From the NCBI GenBank assembly GCA_036405415.1, contig DASWXP010000002.1:48097-112096 (forward strand): 64,000 nt of DNA, given 5' to 3'. The notes under the pieces are model-generated. The model saw nothing but the letters and a program-made list of their open reading frames with translations, was not told the origin of the DNA and did not search any database. The translations under genes were made by a program, and so were the position numbers. Of the stretch, positions 9,519-19,051 are shown one piece after another (position 1 is the first letter of the stretch; every line of letters begins with the position of its first letter). Source of the stretch: Minisyncoccota bacterium (GTDB lineage: Bacteria > Patescibacteriota > Minisyncoccia > Phycocordibacterales > Phycocordibacteraceae).

Positions 9519-10026
9519 GGGATTCTTCGCGACGCACCTCTACCATGTCTTCTGCGTGGTCTATGAAGAGGATGCCGTTCAAGTGATCGGTCTCATGTTG
9601 GAATATCTGCGCGAGGATGCCGCCTCCGCCGCGCTCAAACGTGGAGCCGTCGAACGCGCGGGCGCGCACGGTCGCACGGTCATGCCGCATGGTCTTGCCG
9701 TAGATGCCGCGGACCGAGAGGCACCCTTCGTCCATGGAGACGCGCCGCTTCGAGCTCTTCGCGAACTCGGGGTTGATGTATACGCCTACGTCCGGAGGAA
9801 ATGGTAGGTCGCCGGGGGGCACGATGCGGTCGTTGCGGACGATGAAGATGCGCAGCGAGATGCCGATCTGCGGAGCCGCGAGCGCAACGCCGTCCGGCTG
9901 TGCGTCCAAGGACTCTTCCATATCCTTGAGTATCTTCGAAAGCTCCTCGGTACCGAAGAGTTCCTCTCGGACCGGCTCCGCTATCTTGCGGAGAACCGGC
10001 TCGCCGTCTTGGACGATTGGCGTCAT
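9508..10026 (-). CDS. def: Peptide deformylase
   Basis: GVALAAPQIG, EGCLS, QHETDHLNG; start MTPIV 6 nt after TATAGT. Confidence 0.95.
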   Translation of the reverse strand: MTPIVQDGEPVLRKIAEPVREELFGTEELSKILKDMEESLDAQPDGVALAAPQIGISLRIFIVRNDRIVPPGDLPFPPDVGVYINPEFAKSSKRRVSMDEGCLSVRGIYGKTMRHDRATVRARAFDGSTFERGGGGILAQIFQHETDHLNGILFIDHAEDMVEVRREESHDA

Positions 10027-10049
10027 ATAGGGACTATATAGCACAAAAA

Positions 10050-10380
10050 CGAAAAACGCCGGTCTTGGGGTGAAGGCAAGACCGGCGTTTCGAAAGATGC
10101 CGCGCAACGAGGCGCCGGACTGCGGATACGCATGCCTTCCAGGGGTTGGGTGACGACGCATCGTCAGGCAAAAATTCCGCTTCGTCGCTCACTGCCGTAG
10201 AGCAACATCTTCCTAGAGAAACCGGTCATTGTGCCGGCCTCTCATTAGTGTTCGTAAAGATCAGATGCGTCCCGAGAAACCTTCCAGTTGCTCATATCAT
10301 GCACAAGTCACTGGTAGGTCCCTCGGGAACGCCAAGCGGGCAACGCTTGAGCGCGGGGGAGACAGGCTCCGAGGCGCGAG
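10050..10380 (-). ncRNA. Putative structured non-coding RNA of unknown family
   Basis: TTGACA-N16-TATAAA promoter (10384-10411), several stems with G-U pairs on the minus strand, terminator at 10054-10090, no clear ORF. Confidence 0.45.
10054..10090 (-). terminator. Intrinsic terminator
   Basis: AAACGCCGGTCTTG...CAAGACCGGCGTTT with a T tract on the minus strand. Confidence 0.85.
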
Positions 10381-10418
10381 GTTTTTATATCAGAAATAGG
10401 AACTCTGTCAATCAGTCC

Positions 10419-10709
10419 CTAGAACGGCCTGTCCGGCTCCTTATGCTTTTCCGGGTCTATCTCCCACCAGAACTTCTTGCTGAAATTCTTCGCGCGGCTG
10501 CATACGGTCTTCAAGTAATAGAGGTCGTCCGTAGGAATGCCCTCGAGGATGCGGCCCATGCGCGCCATGGTGAGTTTCGGGAGTCCGTCCTCAGCGCGCG
10601 AGTAGTTGAGGTGCCGCACAAAAAAGCGCATCAGTTCGCCGCGCTCGGTCTTCCTGCTCGGCTTCTGGTCGCCGAAATCCTTAGGGAGGATGTCGCCGAT
10701 GCTCTTCAT
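10419..10709 (-). CDS. Hypothetical protein
   Basis: Host-like codon usage; TACACT -10 box 6 nt before ATG. Confidence 0.75.
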   Translation of the reverse strand: MKSIGDILPKDFGDQKPSRKTERGELMRFFVRHLNYSRAEDGLPKLTMARMGRILEGIPTDDLYYLKTVCSRAKNFSKKFWWEIDPEKHKEPDRPF

Positions 10710-10731
10710 GGCGACAGTGTAGCAAACAGGG

Positions 10732-12042
10732 CTACGCGTGCTCTATCCGGGCACCGATAGACTGGAGGCGATTTACCAAGTCCTCGTATCCGCGATTGAT
10801 GCTATAGACGTTCCTAAGCGTCGAGCGCCCGTCTGCTGCGAGCATGCCGATGAGGAGGATGGTTGCGGGACGGAGCGCTGGAGGCGCCACGATCTCGGCG
10901 CCGCGCAAGTGTACCGGGCCATGGAGCTGGATGCGGTGCGGATCGAGGAGAAGCGTGTTCGCGCCAAGACGGTCGAGCTCGGTGTAGTAGATGGCGCGCT
11001 TCTCGTACACCCAGTCATGGATCAAGGTCTCGCCCTCGGCCTTCATGGCGATAACCGCGAAGAACGGCAGGTTATCGATGTTGAGGCCCGGGTACGGGCG
11101 TGCATGGATCTTCTCCGGGAACGCCGTGAGCTCTGAAGGCTCGATATGGATGTCGGCAAGTTTCGTGATGCCGTTGTCTGAAAGAGCGTGATCTGTAAGG
11201 GAGAAATTGAGCCCCATCTTTGCGAGCACTTCGAGCTCTACCTCAAGGAACTCGATCGGCGCGTTGCGGATGGTGAGTGCCGAGTTCGTGGTCGCGGCGA
11301 GTGCGATGAAGAACATCGCATCGATCGGGTCCTCGCCGATCGCGTAGGACACGTCTTTCCGGATCTCCCCGACGCCGGTCACGGTAAGGGTGGTCGTACC
11401 GAGCCCTTCGATCGTCACGCCGAGCTCCCTAAGGAACCCGCACACTTCCTGCACCTGGTAGTTTGCGCTCGCGTACTTGATAACGGTAGTGCCCTCGATG
11501 CGGGAAGCCGCAAGGAGCGCATTAATAGTCGCGGTATCGCTCGATTCGTAGAGCACGATCTCCGCAGGCGAGAGGCCGTCATGCGAGACCTGATAGTGGT
11601 CGGTAAGCGTCTCGATCGCGATGCCGAACTTCTCGAGCGCCCAGAGATGCGAGCGCACGGAACGCAGGCCTAAGGTGCAGCCCCCAGATTGTGGGATCTC
11701 GAAAGAAGTGAAGTGGTGCACGAGAGAACCAATGAACATAAGGATGGAGCGTGTGCGCACCGCGGCTGCGCGATCAATCTGATCGAGCGCGATCGTCTCA
11801 GGCGGCGTGATAACCACGTCCTTGCCCTGCCACTCGACAGACACGCCGATGGAGCGGAGCACCTCGATGAGGCGGTGCACCTCTTCTATCTTCGGGACCT
11901 TCCGGAGCGTGGTCGTGCCCTTATTCAGGAGGGACGCGGCGAGTATCGACACTGCCCCATTTTTGGAGCAGTTGGTGGTAATGGAGCCCGAGAGCGGGTG
12001 GCCGCCCTCTACGACGAAATTGTTCTCTCCAGATTGGGTCAT
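10732..12042 (-). CDS. murA: UDP-N-acetylglucosamine 1-carboxyvinyltransferase
   Basis: SKN, GGCTLGLR (catalytic Cys loop), YEKR, INRGYE; start MTQS 7 nt after TACAAT. Confidence 0.92.
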   Translation of the reverse strand: MTQSGENNFVVEGGHPLSGSITTNCSKNGAVSILAASLLNKGTTTLRKVPKIEEVHRLIEVLRSIGVSVEWQGKDVVITPPETIALDQIDRAAAVRTRSILMFIGSLVHHFTSFEIPQSGGCTLGLRSVRSHLWALEKFGIAIETLTDHYQVSHDGLSPAEIVLYESSDTATINALLAASRIEGTTVIKYASANYQVQEVCGFLRELGVTIEGLGTTTLTVTGVGEIRKDVSYAIGEDPIDAMFFIALAATTNSALTIRNAPIEFLEVELEVLAKMGLNFSLTDHALSDNGITKLADIHIEPSELTAFPEKIHARPYPGLNIDNLPFFAVIAMKAEGETLIHDWVYEKRAIYYTELDRLGANTLLLDPHRIQLHGPVHLRGAEIVAPPALRPATILLIGMLAADGRSTLRNVYSINRGYEDLVNRLQSIGARIEHA

Positions 12043-12142
12043 GGCCGCTATTGTAACAGCCGAGACACGTTCCTGATATCTGCCTTTACAGCAACCCCAG
12101 GCAGGCGTAAGGTCCATGCAGACTCTTCTTTGGAGGAAGGTT

Positions 12143-12643
12143 ATGAATGCTTTCGAACCGTTCGCGACCCTGCGACTGGGGACGTGCCACTATCCCGAGA
12201 CGCTCGCGATGATTCTGCGAGAGCGCGGCTACAAGGACAGGCTCCTGAAGTGTGTACGCACCGGCGACATCGTAAATGCTCAGGAGGAGAGTGAGGTCGA
12301 CATTGTAGCCTGCATGTCAGAGCAACTCGGGATATCGTACATACCTACTGTGTACCATGAGGTCTGCGCACGCGGGGTGGCACTTGGACTCAGGCTGTGT
12401 CCTGGGGAGGCTTACCTGCAGCTCTTGCTGCAACATGAGGATTCTCTCCGGAACCTGAGTGCCCGATACAACAACAGCAGCGTAACTGTGGTGTCGAAAC
12501 TCATCCCTGACCATGACCTGAGTCCTTATGTCATGCGGTTCAGAGCCTATGAAGATAGGCTGCTACTCGAACCTCACTGGTGCCGGCACTACAAGGATGT
12601 CTGGGGAACGGGCCCGTATCTGTTCATACAGCCTCGCCAGTAA
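12143..12643 (+). CDS. Hypothetical orphan protein (GLRLCPGE motif)
   Basis: TTTACA-N17-TAAGGT promoter (12085-12113), GGAGGAAGG SD, terminator hairpin at ~12651-12686. Confidence 0.65.
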   Translation: MNAFEPFATLRLGTCHYPETLAMILRERGYKDRLLKCVRTGDIVNAQEESEVDIVACMSEQLGISYIPTVYHEVCARGVALGLRLCPGEAYLQLLLQHEDSLRNLSARYNNSSVTVVSKLIPDHDLSPYVMRFRAYEDRLLLEPHWCRHYKDVWGTGPYLFIQPRQ

Positions 12644-12721
12644 GTCGCTGAAAAGCCCGTCCAGAACAATCTGGCCGGGCTTTTTTGAAGCTTGTAAAAA
12701 GCAGGGTATGATGCGTCTCAC

Positions 12722-13732
12722 ATGCCTCTCTTCTCTCCGCGCATCGGGATAGACCTCGGAACCACGAACGTGCTGGTGTTCGTGCCAGGGAAGGGAGTAG
12801 TCCTCAACGAGCCGTCCGTGGTGGCGGTATCGACCGATACTAATAAGGTGCTCGCTATCGGCGCAGAAGCTAAGGCGATGGTGGGGCGCACCCCGGATTC
12901 CATCCAGGCATACCGCCCGATGAAGGACGGCGTGATCGCGGACTACCGCGTTACCGAAGCGATGCTCCGCTACTTCATCCGGAAGGCGCTCGGCCGCAAC
13001 CTCTTTAAGCCGACCGTGCTTGTGTCGGTGCCCGCGGGTGTGACCTCTACCGAGAAGCGCGCCGTTATCGAGGCTGCCGTGAAGGCGGGAGCGTCTGACG
13101 CGTACGTCGTCAAAGAGCCGATCCTCGCTGCCATCGGCGCAGGCATCCCGATCCAGGAAGCGCTCGGGCGCATGGTCGCGGACATCGGCGGCGGCACTAT
13201 CGACGTGGCCGTGATTTCGCTCGGCGGCATCGTAGCGTCCACGTCCGTGAAGGTCGCAGGCAACAAGCTCGACCGCGCGATCATCGACTACGTGAAGAAG
13301 CAGTACAACCTCTCCATCGGCGACAAGACCGCAGAGGAGATCAAGATCACGATCGGGTCTGCGGTTCCCGTGACCGAGGAGCTCGTCATGACGGTGAAGG
13401 GACGCGACCTCGTGTCGGGCCTCCCTCGCACCATAGAGCTCAAGACCAACGAGGTGGTGCAGGCGCTGAACCGCGAGCTCCGCGAGATGATGAACGCCGT
13501 CCGCAAGGTGCTCCAGGACACGCCACCCGAGCTCGCTTCCGACATCATCGACAACGGCATCATCCTTACGGGGGGAACGTCGCAGCTCCGGCACCTTCCG
13601 GAGCTCGTGTACCGCCGCACCGGCGTGCAGGCGAAGCTCGCCGACGACGCGTACTACTGCGTGGCGCGCGGCACCGGCATCGCGCTCAACCATCTCGATA
13701 CGTATCGGAAGAGCATCATCTCGAAGAAATAG
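12722..13732 (+). CDS. mreB: Rod shape-determining actin-like protein (stand-alone paralogue)
   Basis: GIDLGTTN, PMKDGVIAD, DIGGGT, LTGG. Confidence 0.95.
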   Translation: MPLFSPRIGIDLGTTNVLVFVPGKGVVLNEPSVVAVSTDTNKVLAIGAEAKAMVGRTPDSIQAYRPMKDGVIADYRVTEAMLRYFIRKALGRNLFKPTVLVSVPAGVTSTEKRAVIEAAVKAGASDAYVVKEPILAAIGAGIPIQEALGRMVADIGGGTIDVAVISLGGIVASTSVKVAGNKLDRAIIDYVKKQYNLSIGDKTAEEIKITIGSAVPVTEELVMTVKGRDLVSGLPRTIELKTNEVVQALNRELREMMNAVRKVLQDTPPELASDIIDNGIILTGGTSQLRHLPELVYRRTGVQAKLADDAYYCVARGTGIALNHLDTYRKSIISKK

Positions 13733-13792
13733 AGAAAGGCCCCGGAGCAATCCGGGGCCTTTCTCCTAATGCCGAGGCAACAGCAAGCCTAT

Positions 13793-13821
13793 TTGACAAT
13801 CATATATTCATATACTATAGT
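13793..13821 (+). promoter_or_regulatory. Consensus sigma70 promoter TTGACA-N17-TATAGT
   Basis: Direct sequence match in an AT-rich spacer. Confidence 0.8.
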
Positions 13822-13861
13822 ATATCCAGTACCCACTCACTGAATTCGGAAGGAATTCCTG

Positions 13862-14506
13862 ATGCTGAAGGCTGTTCTTCTCGCTTCCTGCATGACCATC
13901 GTGTGCGCCGTCCCGGCAGCGGCCCAGACCGCGATGCCCGGATCCGGTGGCCAGACCACCGTCACCGTCTCTGCGCAGAACGACTACCGCTTCGAGCGCC
14001 TGGCCGAGACCATTCCCGGCGCGGTCGCGAACGTGGAACTGAACCATGACGTCGGCAACGGCATCTCGTTCAACGCGTGGGCCCAGGCGGGCGAGTCGAA
14101 GCTCGCGCACGAGCTCGATCTCACTGTCACCGGTACGAAGGCCTTCGGCATCGTCGAAGCGTCCCTGACGGCCGGCACCTATCTCGTCCGCGACACGGAG
14201 CCCATCTACGTCGTGACGGCCACGGCGAGCATTCCGATCTCCGAATCGGTGTCGCTCGACTACCAGGTCGATCACTTCGAAGGCGGCTTCGAGGAGACCA
14301 CGCACAGCGTGGCCGTCTCGGGCATCGTCGGGAACGCGTCGTTGTCGGCCGGCAAGGCGCACAACGCCCGGAGCGGGCTCGATCCGTGGTTCGCCACGGC
14401 GAGCGTGCCCATCTTCGGGGACTCGGGCTTCTCGCTCGAGCTGAAGGGCTACTGGGGCGCCGGCGACGACCAGGGCGTGACGCTCGGGATCTCCCGAACG
14501 TTCTAG
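13862..14506 (+). CDS. Secreted beta-rich protein resembling an outer-membrane beta-barrel
   Basis: Signal peptide (AAA-Q), alternating amphipathic strands, C-terminal GVTLGISRTF. Confidence 0.65.
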   Translation: MLKAVLLASCMTIVCAVPAAAQTAMPGSGGQTTVTVSAQNDYRFERLAETIPGAVANVELNHDVGNGISFNAWAQAGESKLAHELDLTVTGTKAFGIVEASLTAGTYLVRDTEPIYVVTATASIPISESVSLDYQVDHFEGGFEETTHSVAVSGIVGNASLSAGKAHNARSGLDPWFATASVPIFGDSGFSLELKGYWGAGDDQGVTLGISRTF

Positions 14507-14568
14507 TTCATGCAGGAACCGAAAAGGGACCTGGACTCATCGAGCCCAGGTCCCAATTCATTTCTATG

Positions 14569-15027
14569 CTACCTGACCCTCGTGAACGAGAGGGTATTGC
14601 CGCGCGCGAGGTACGAGAGCTCGAGCTTCTCGTCCGTGAGCGTCACGACCGCGAAGTACAGCACCTCTTCCGGGAACTCAATCTTTATGGTGCGCATGCC
14701 GGAGAGCGTCGCGAACTCGGGCTGCTCGGCGTTCGCATCCTCGACCACGTTCCAGCGGCCTATAACCGTGGCGCTCTCTTCGCCTTCGTAATAATCGGTC
14801 ACGGACCCGTCTATAGCGAAGACGCGAATGAACCGGGGGTCCTGCGTGCTGCGCCAGGTCCCTGAAAGCGAGAACGGCTCTTCGGCGTTCGGGCTCGTCA
14901 CGTCCTCGGATACGGCCTCCGTATCAAGCGGCGTGCCTGACGCAGGCATCATGAACGCGAAGACCCACCAGCCGAGCACGGCGAGCGCGATCACGACAAC
15001 GATCCCTAAAACGACATTCCTATTCAT
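14569..15027 (-). CDS. Membrane-anchored lipocalin-like hypothetical protein
   Basis: N-terminal TM, LSGTW motif, C-terminal LSFTR. Confidence 0.7.
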   Translation of the reverse strand: MNRNVVLGIVVVIALAVLGWWVFAFMMPASGTPLDTEAVSEDVTSPNAEEPFSLSGTWRSTQDPRFIRVFAIDGSVTDYYEGEESATVIGRWNVVEDANAEQPEFATLSGMRTIKIEFPEEVLYFAVVTLTDEKLELSYLARGNTLSFTRVR

Positions 15028-15083
15028 AGGCTCAAGGGCTAGCTCGTATGGAGTCCAGTCTAGCACCGGGGTAGACTACGGAC

Positions 15084-15773
15084 ATGGCGCATCATGCGTA
15101 TCTCTACGTAGGAGGTAAGGAGGACGGCATCGAGGCCGTCCGCGCGTACGCGGCGCGCGAACTTTCGCTTAAGGGCATCGAACATCCCGATATCGCGATC
15201 TTCTCCTATGACGGCCTGTTCTCCGTGGACGACGCGCGCGCGGTGAACCGGTTCGCGCTCCAGGCGCCGATCGCAGGCGATAAGAAGCTGGTCGCGATCG
15301 CTACCGGACGCATCTATCACGAGGCGCAGAACGCGCTCTTGAAGACGTTCGAAGAGCCGCAGGAGGGAACCACGCTCGTACTCATCGTGCCGACCGAAGG
15401 TATCGTGCTCCCGACGCTCCGCTCAAGGCTTCAACCGCTTCCGGGCGGGAAGCGCACGGTCCCAGCGGAAGCGCAGACATTCATCGTGGCTTCGAAGGCC
15501 GAGCGCGAGAAGTTCGTGACGAAGCTATTGGCGCGCGCGAAGTCCGACAAGGACCTCGAGAAGCAGGCCGCGCGCATGGAAGCGGCGCGCATCGTCGAAG
15601 GGCTTCTGGTTGCCGCGCATGCGGCACGTGCGGGGGCTGCAGCACAGAACGCCAAGGAGCTCGACCTCCTGCTCTCCGACCTCAGCCGCTTCATGCCGAT
15701 CATGCACCAGAGCTCCGCGCCTCTGAAGCTCATCTTCGAGCATCTCCTTCTCGTACTGCCCGCGAAACTCTAG
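15084..15773 (+). CDS. holB: DNA polymerase III delta' subunit (reduced)
   Basis: HHAYL, HPD, EAQNALLKTFEEP, LPTLRSR. Confidence 0.85.
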   Translation: MAHHAYLYVGGKEDGIEAVRAYAARELSLKGIEHPDIAIFSYDGLFSVDDARAVNRFALQAPIAGDKKLVAIATGRIYHEAQNALLKTFEEPQEGTTLVLIVPTEGIVLPTLRSRLQPLPGGKRTVPAEAQTFIVASKAEREKFVTKLLARAKSDKDLEKQAARMEAARIVEGLLVAAHAARAGAAAQNAKELDLLLSDLSRFMPIMHQSSAPLKLIFEHLLLVLPAKL

Positions 15774-15795
15774 AAGTGCTACACTTTGAGGCACT

Positions 15796-16350
15796 ATGGC
15801 ATCATTCGATTTCTCACCGCTCGACAAGAACATCAAGGAGACCGAGGAATGGCTCGTGCGCGAGCTCTCCACGATCCGCACCGGCCGCGCGACGCCGGCT
15901 ATCCTCGACAACGTGAAGCCTGAGGCGTACGGCGCGCGTCAGGCCGTGAACCAGATGGCAGCGATCACCATCGAGGACGCGCGGTCGCTCCGCATCGTCC
16001 CGTGGGACAAGTCGCTCACGAAGAACATCGAGCGCGCCATCCAGGACGCGGATCTGGGCGTGGGTCTTGCGACCGACGATCAGGGGCTCCGCGTCACGTT
16101 CCCAGAACTCACCGCAGAGCGCCGCGGCATGCTCGCGAAGGTGGCAGGAGAGAAGGTGGAGCAGGCTCGCATCACGCTCCGCGGGCATCGCACCGACGCG
16201 CTCAAGTCGCTCGATGCTGCCGAGAAGGAAGGCGGCATGAGCAAGGACGAGCTCGGACGCTTCAAGGACGAGGTGCAGAAGAAGATCGATGCCGGTAACG
16301 CGGCGCTCGAGGTGCTCGGCAAGAAGAAGGAAGCTGAGATCTCTATCTAG
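15796..16350 (+). CDS. frr: Ribosome recycling factor
   Basis: IRTGRATP, PELTAERR, KKEAEI. Confidence 0.95.
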   Translation: MASFDFSPLDKNIKETEEWLVRELSTIRTGRATPAILDNVKPEAYGARQAVNQMAAITIEDARSLRIVPWDKSLTKNIERAIQDADLGVGLATDDQGLRVTFPELTAERRGMLAKVAGEKVEQARITLRGHRTDALKSLDAAEKEGGMSKDELGRFKDEVQKKIDAGNAALEVLGKKKEAEISI

Positions 16351-16353
16351 CAC

Positions 16354-17454
16354 ATGACTATCCTCATCTTCGCGCTCGTCCTCATCGCCCTCATCGTCGT
16401 GCATGAGTTCGGACACTTCGTTGCGGCGAAGTGGTCAAGCATGCGCGTGGACGAGTTCGGGCTCGGCTACCCCCCAAAGGCATACGGAAAGAAGATCGGA
16501 GAGACGGAATACACCCTTAACTGGCTCCCGTTCGGCGGCTTCGTGAAGATATTCGGAGAGGACCCGGTTCAGGGACAGGCTCCGGCACCGCGTTCCTTCA
16601 CTTCACGGCCGCGCATCCTCCAGGCGCTCGTGCTTGTTGCTGGCATCGCGATGAATCTCTTGTTCGCATACGTCCTCATAACCGTCACGCTCGGCATGGG
16701 CACTACTCGCGCGCTCACCGAAGAGGAAGCGCGCATGGTGCCTGATGCGCGCCTTGCGGTAGCGAGCGTGCTTCCGGAATCTCCGGCGGCCGAAGCAGGC
16801 TTCAAGCAGGGAGATCTCATCCTCGCTGCGTCAGCGGACGACGAGACCTTTAATGGCAACGACGCATCGGCGTTCACTGCGTTCGTAGCGGAAGAGGGCG
16901 CGGGCAGAGAGCTCTCATTCGTGGTCGAGGGTCAGGACGGTGCGCAGCGCACGCTTACAGCGACGCCTGAGGCCGGGGTCGTCGCGTCTGCTCCAGAGCG
17001 CGCAGCGCTCGGGGTAGGGCTTGCGGTTGTCGGCACGCACGCGACGCCGTGGTGGCAGGCGCCTATCGAAGGCGCGGTCCTCACCTGGGAGCTCACGAAG
17101 CAGACCGGAATCGCGCTCCTGCAGTTCTTTGGCAGCATCTTTACGCTCTCTGCGGACTTGGCGCAGGTCTCAGGTCCCGTCGGTATCGCAGGGGCGGTGG
17201 GGAACGCGTCAGAGGACGGGCTCGCATCGCTTCTCACCATCACCGCGCTCATATCCATAAATCTTGCGCTCATCAACCTGCTCCCGATCCCGGCGCTCGA
17301 CGGCGGACGCCTGCTGTTCGTCATCATCGAATCCATCATTCGCCGCCCGATCCCGCCGACGTTCGCGAACGCGGTTAACGGCATCGGGTTCCTCGCGCTC
17401 ATCCTCCTCATGTTGGTGGTTACGGCGAGCGATATCTTCAAGATCGTCGGATAA
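16354..17454 (+). CDS. rseP: RIP metalloprotease (M50) with PDZ domain
   Basis: HEFGH, LPFGGFV, NLLPIPALDGG. Confidence 0.93.
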   Translation: MTILIFALVLIALIVVHEFGHFVAAKWSSMRVDEFGLGYPPKAYGKKIGETEYTLNWLPFGGFVKIFGEDPVQGQAPAPRSFTSRPRILQALVLVAGIAMNLLFAYVLITVTLGMGTTRALTEEEARMVPDARLAVASVLPESPAAEAGFKQGDLILAASADDETFNGNDASAFTAFVAEEGAGRELSFVVEGQDGAQRTLTATPEAGVVASAPERAALGVGLAVVGTHATPWWQAPIEGAVLTWELTKQTGIALLQFFGSIFTLSADLAQVSGPVGIAGAVGNASEDGLASLLTITALISINLALINLLPIPALDGGRLLFVIIESIIRRPIPPTFANAVNGIGFLALILLMLVVTASDIFKIVG

Positions 17455-17467
17455 GAGAAAGGCCGCA

Positions 17468-17710
17468 CTAGGCGGCCAAGGGGAAGTCGAGCTGGGCAGG
17501 ATTCGTCTCCTGCTTTTCTGGAAGCTCTTCCGGGTCGTACGGGCAATACGGGTTCTGGTGTTCCTTGCGCACCCGTATGACCCGATAGCGTCCGAGTATG
17601 TGCAAGGACACGATCCTTGCATACTGGTCTCCGGGAAAGATCGGTTGATCACACAAGTCGCAGCAATGCCGGACTCGCGCGACATGCAAGTCATAAGCAA
17701 CCATCGGCAT
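17468..17710 (-). CDS. Small Cys/His zinc-finger-like orphan protein
   Basis: ARVRHCCDLC..I.PG..Y...H...C; TTGAAA-N16-TACAGT promoter and CAGGAG SD. Confidence 0.6.
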   Translation of the reverse strand: MPMVAYDLHVARVRHCCDLCDQPIFPGDQYARIVSLHILGRYRVIRVRKEHQNPYCPYDPEELPEKQETNPAQLDFPLAA

Positions 17711-17807
17711 TGGCAAACTCCTGTGTACGCAATCACTGTACAATACTTATTAATTATTTCAAGTATGACTTCCCCCCGCGTAGTTGAAACCGTATACTGA
17801 AAGAACT

Positions 17808-19049
17808 ATGCGGCAATCCCAGCTTTTTACGAGAACCAGGCGCGAGGCTCCTAAGGACGAGGAAGCCAAGAACGCGCAGCTCCTCATCCGCGCCGGCTTC
17901 GTGCATAAGGAGCTTGCCGGCGTCTACACGTACCTGCCGCTCGGCCTCAAGACCCTTACCAACATCAACCGCATCATCCGCGAAGAGATGAACGCGATCG
18001 GCGGGCAGGAGATCGTGATGACGGCGCTCCAGGACAAGCAGGTCTGGGAGAAGACCGACCGCTGGGACGACGCGAAGGTCGACAACTGGTTCAAGACCGA
18101 ATTCAAATCAGGAGGCGAGACCGGCCTCGGCATCACGCACGAGGAGCCGATCACGCGGATGATGTCCGAGCATATCGCCTCGTACCGCGACCTCCCGGTA
18201 TACGCGTACCAGTTCCAGACGAAGTTCCGGAACGAGCTGCGCGCGAAGTCAGGCATCATGCGCGGCAAGGAATTCCTCATGAAGGACCTCTATTCGTTCT
18301 CGAAGGACGAGGAGGAGCATCAGGCATTCTTCGCGAAAGCGCGCGAAGCATACCTGAAGGTCTTCCAGCGCTGCGGCATCGGAGCAGAGACATACGTCAC
18401 GTTCGCGTCCGGCGGCATCTTCAGCGCGTTCTCGGAGGAGTTCCAGACGCTGTCGGACGCGGGAGAAGACACTATCTATGTAGATGAGGAGAAGCGGCTC
18501 GCCGTTAACAAGGAAGTCATGACGGACGAGAACCTCGCGACGCTCGGCCTCTCGCGCGAGAAGCTCGTAGAGAAGAAGGCCATCGAAGCCGGGAACATCT
18601 TCAGTCTCGGCACCCGGTTCTCCGAGCCGCTCGGCCTCACGTTCATGGATGAGAAGGGAGAGAACAAGCCGGTGGTGATGGGCAGCTACGGCATCGGGCC
18701 GACTCGCCTCATGGGCATCATCGCGGAGGCGCTCTCGGACGAGAAGGGCCTCGTATGGCCGGAAGAGGTCGCGCCGTTCACGTATCACCTCGTCTCGCTC
18801 GCAGGAAGCGACGGGGATCTCCAGAAGATCGCGGACGAGCTCTACGCCGACCTGGTGTCTGAGGGCAAGACCGTGCTCTACGACGATCGCGACGCGCGCG
18901 CAGGAGAGAAGTTCGCGGACGCGGACCTCATCGGCCTCCCGCACCGCATCGTGGTAGGGAAGGAGGCGCTCGCAAGCGGCAAGCTCGAGGTGGTGAATCG
19001 CAGGACCGGAGAGGTATCGATGGTCCTCAAGGAGGAACTCTTTAAATAG
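17808..19049 (+). CDS. proS: Proline--tRNA ligase (short form without editing domain)
   Basis: LLIRAGFV, THEE, KFRNELRAKSGIMRGKEF, MGSYGIG. Confidence 0.95.
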   Translation: MRQSQLFTRTRREAPKDEEAKNAQLLIRAGFVHKELAGVYTYLPLGLKTLTNINRIIREEMNAIGGQEIVMTALQDKQVWEKTDRWDDAKVDNWFKTEFKSGGETGLGITHEEPITRMMSEHIASYRDLPVYAYQFQTKFRNELRAKSGIMRGKEFLMKDLYSFSKDEEEHQAFFAKAREAYLKVFQRCGIGAETYVTFASGGIFSAFSEEFQTLSDAGEDTIYVDEEKRLAVNKEVMTDENLATLGLSREKLVEKKAIEAGNIFSLGTRFSEPLGLTFMDEKGENKPVVMGSYGIGPTRLMGIIAEALSDEKGLVWPEEVAPFTYHLVSLAGSDGDLQKIADELYADLVSEGKTVLYDDRDARAGEKFADADLIGLPHRIVVGKEALASGKLEVVNRRTGEVSMVLKEELFK

Positions 19050-19051
19050 GT

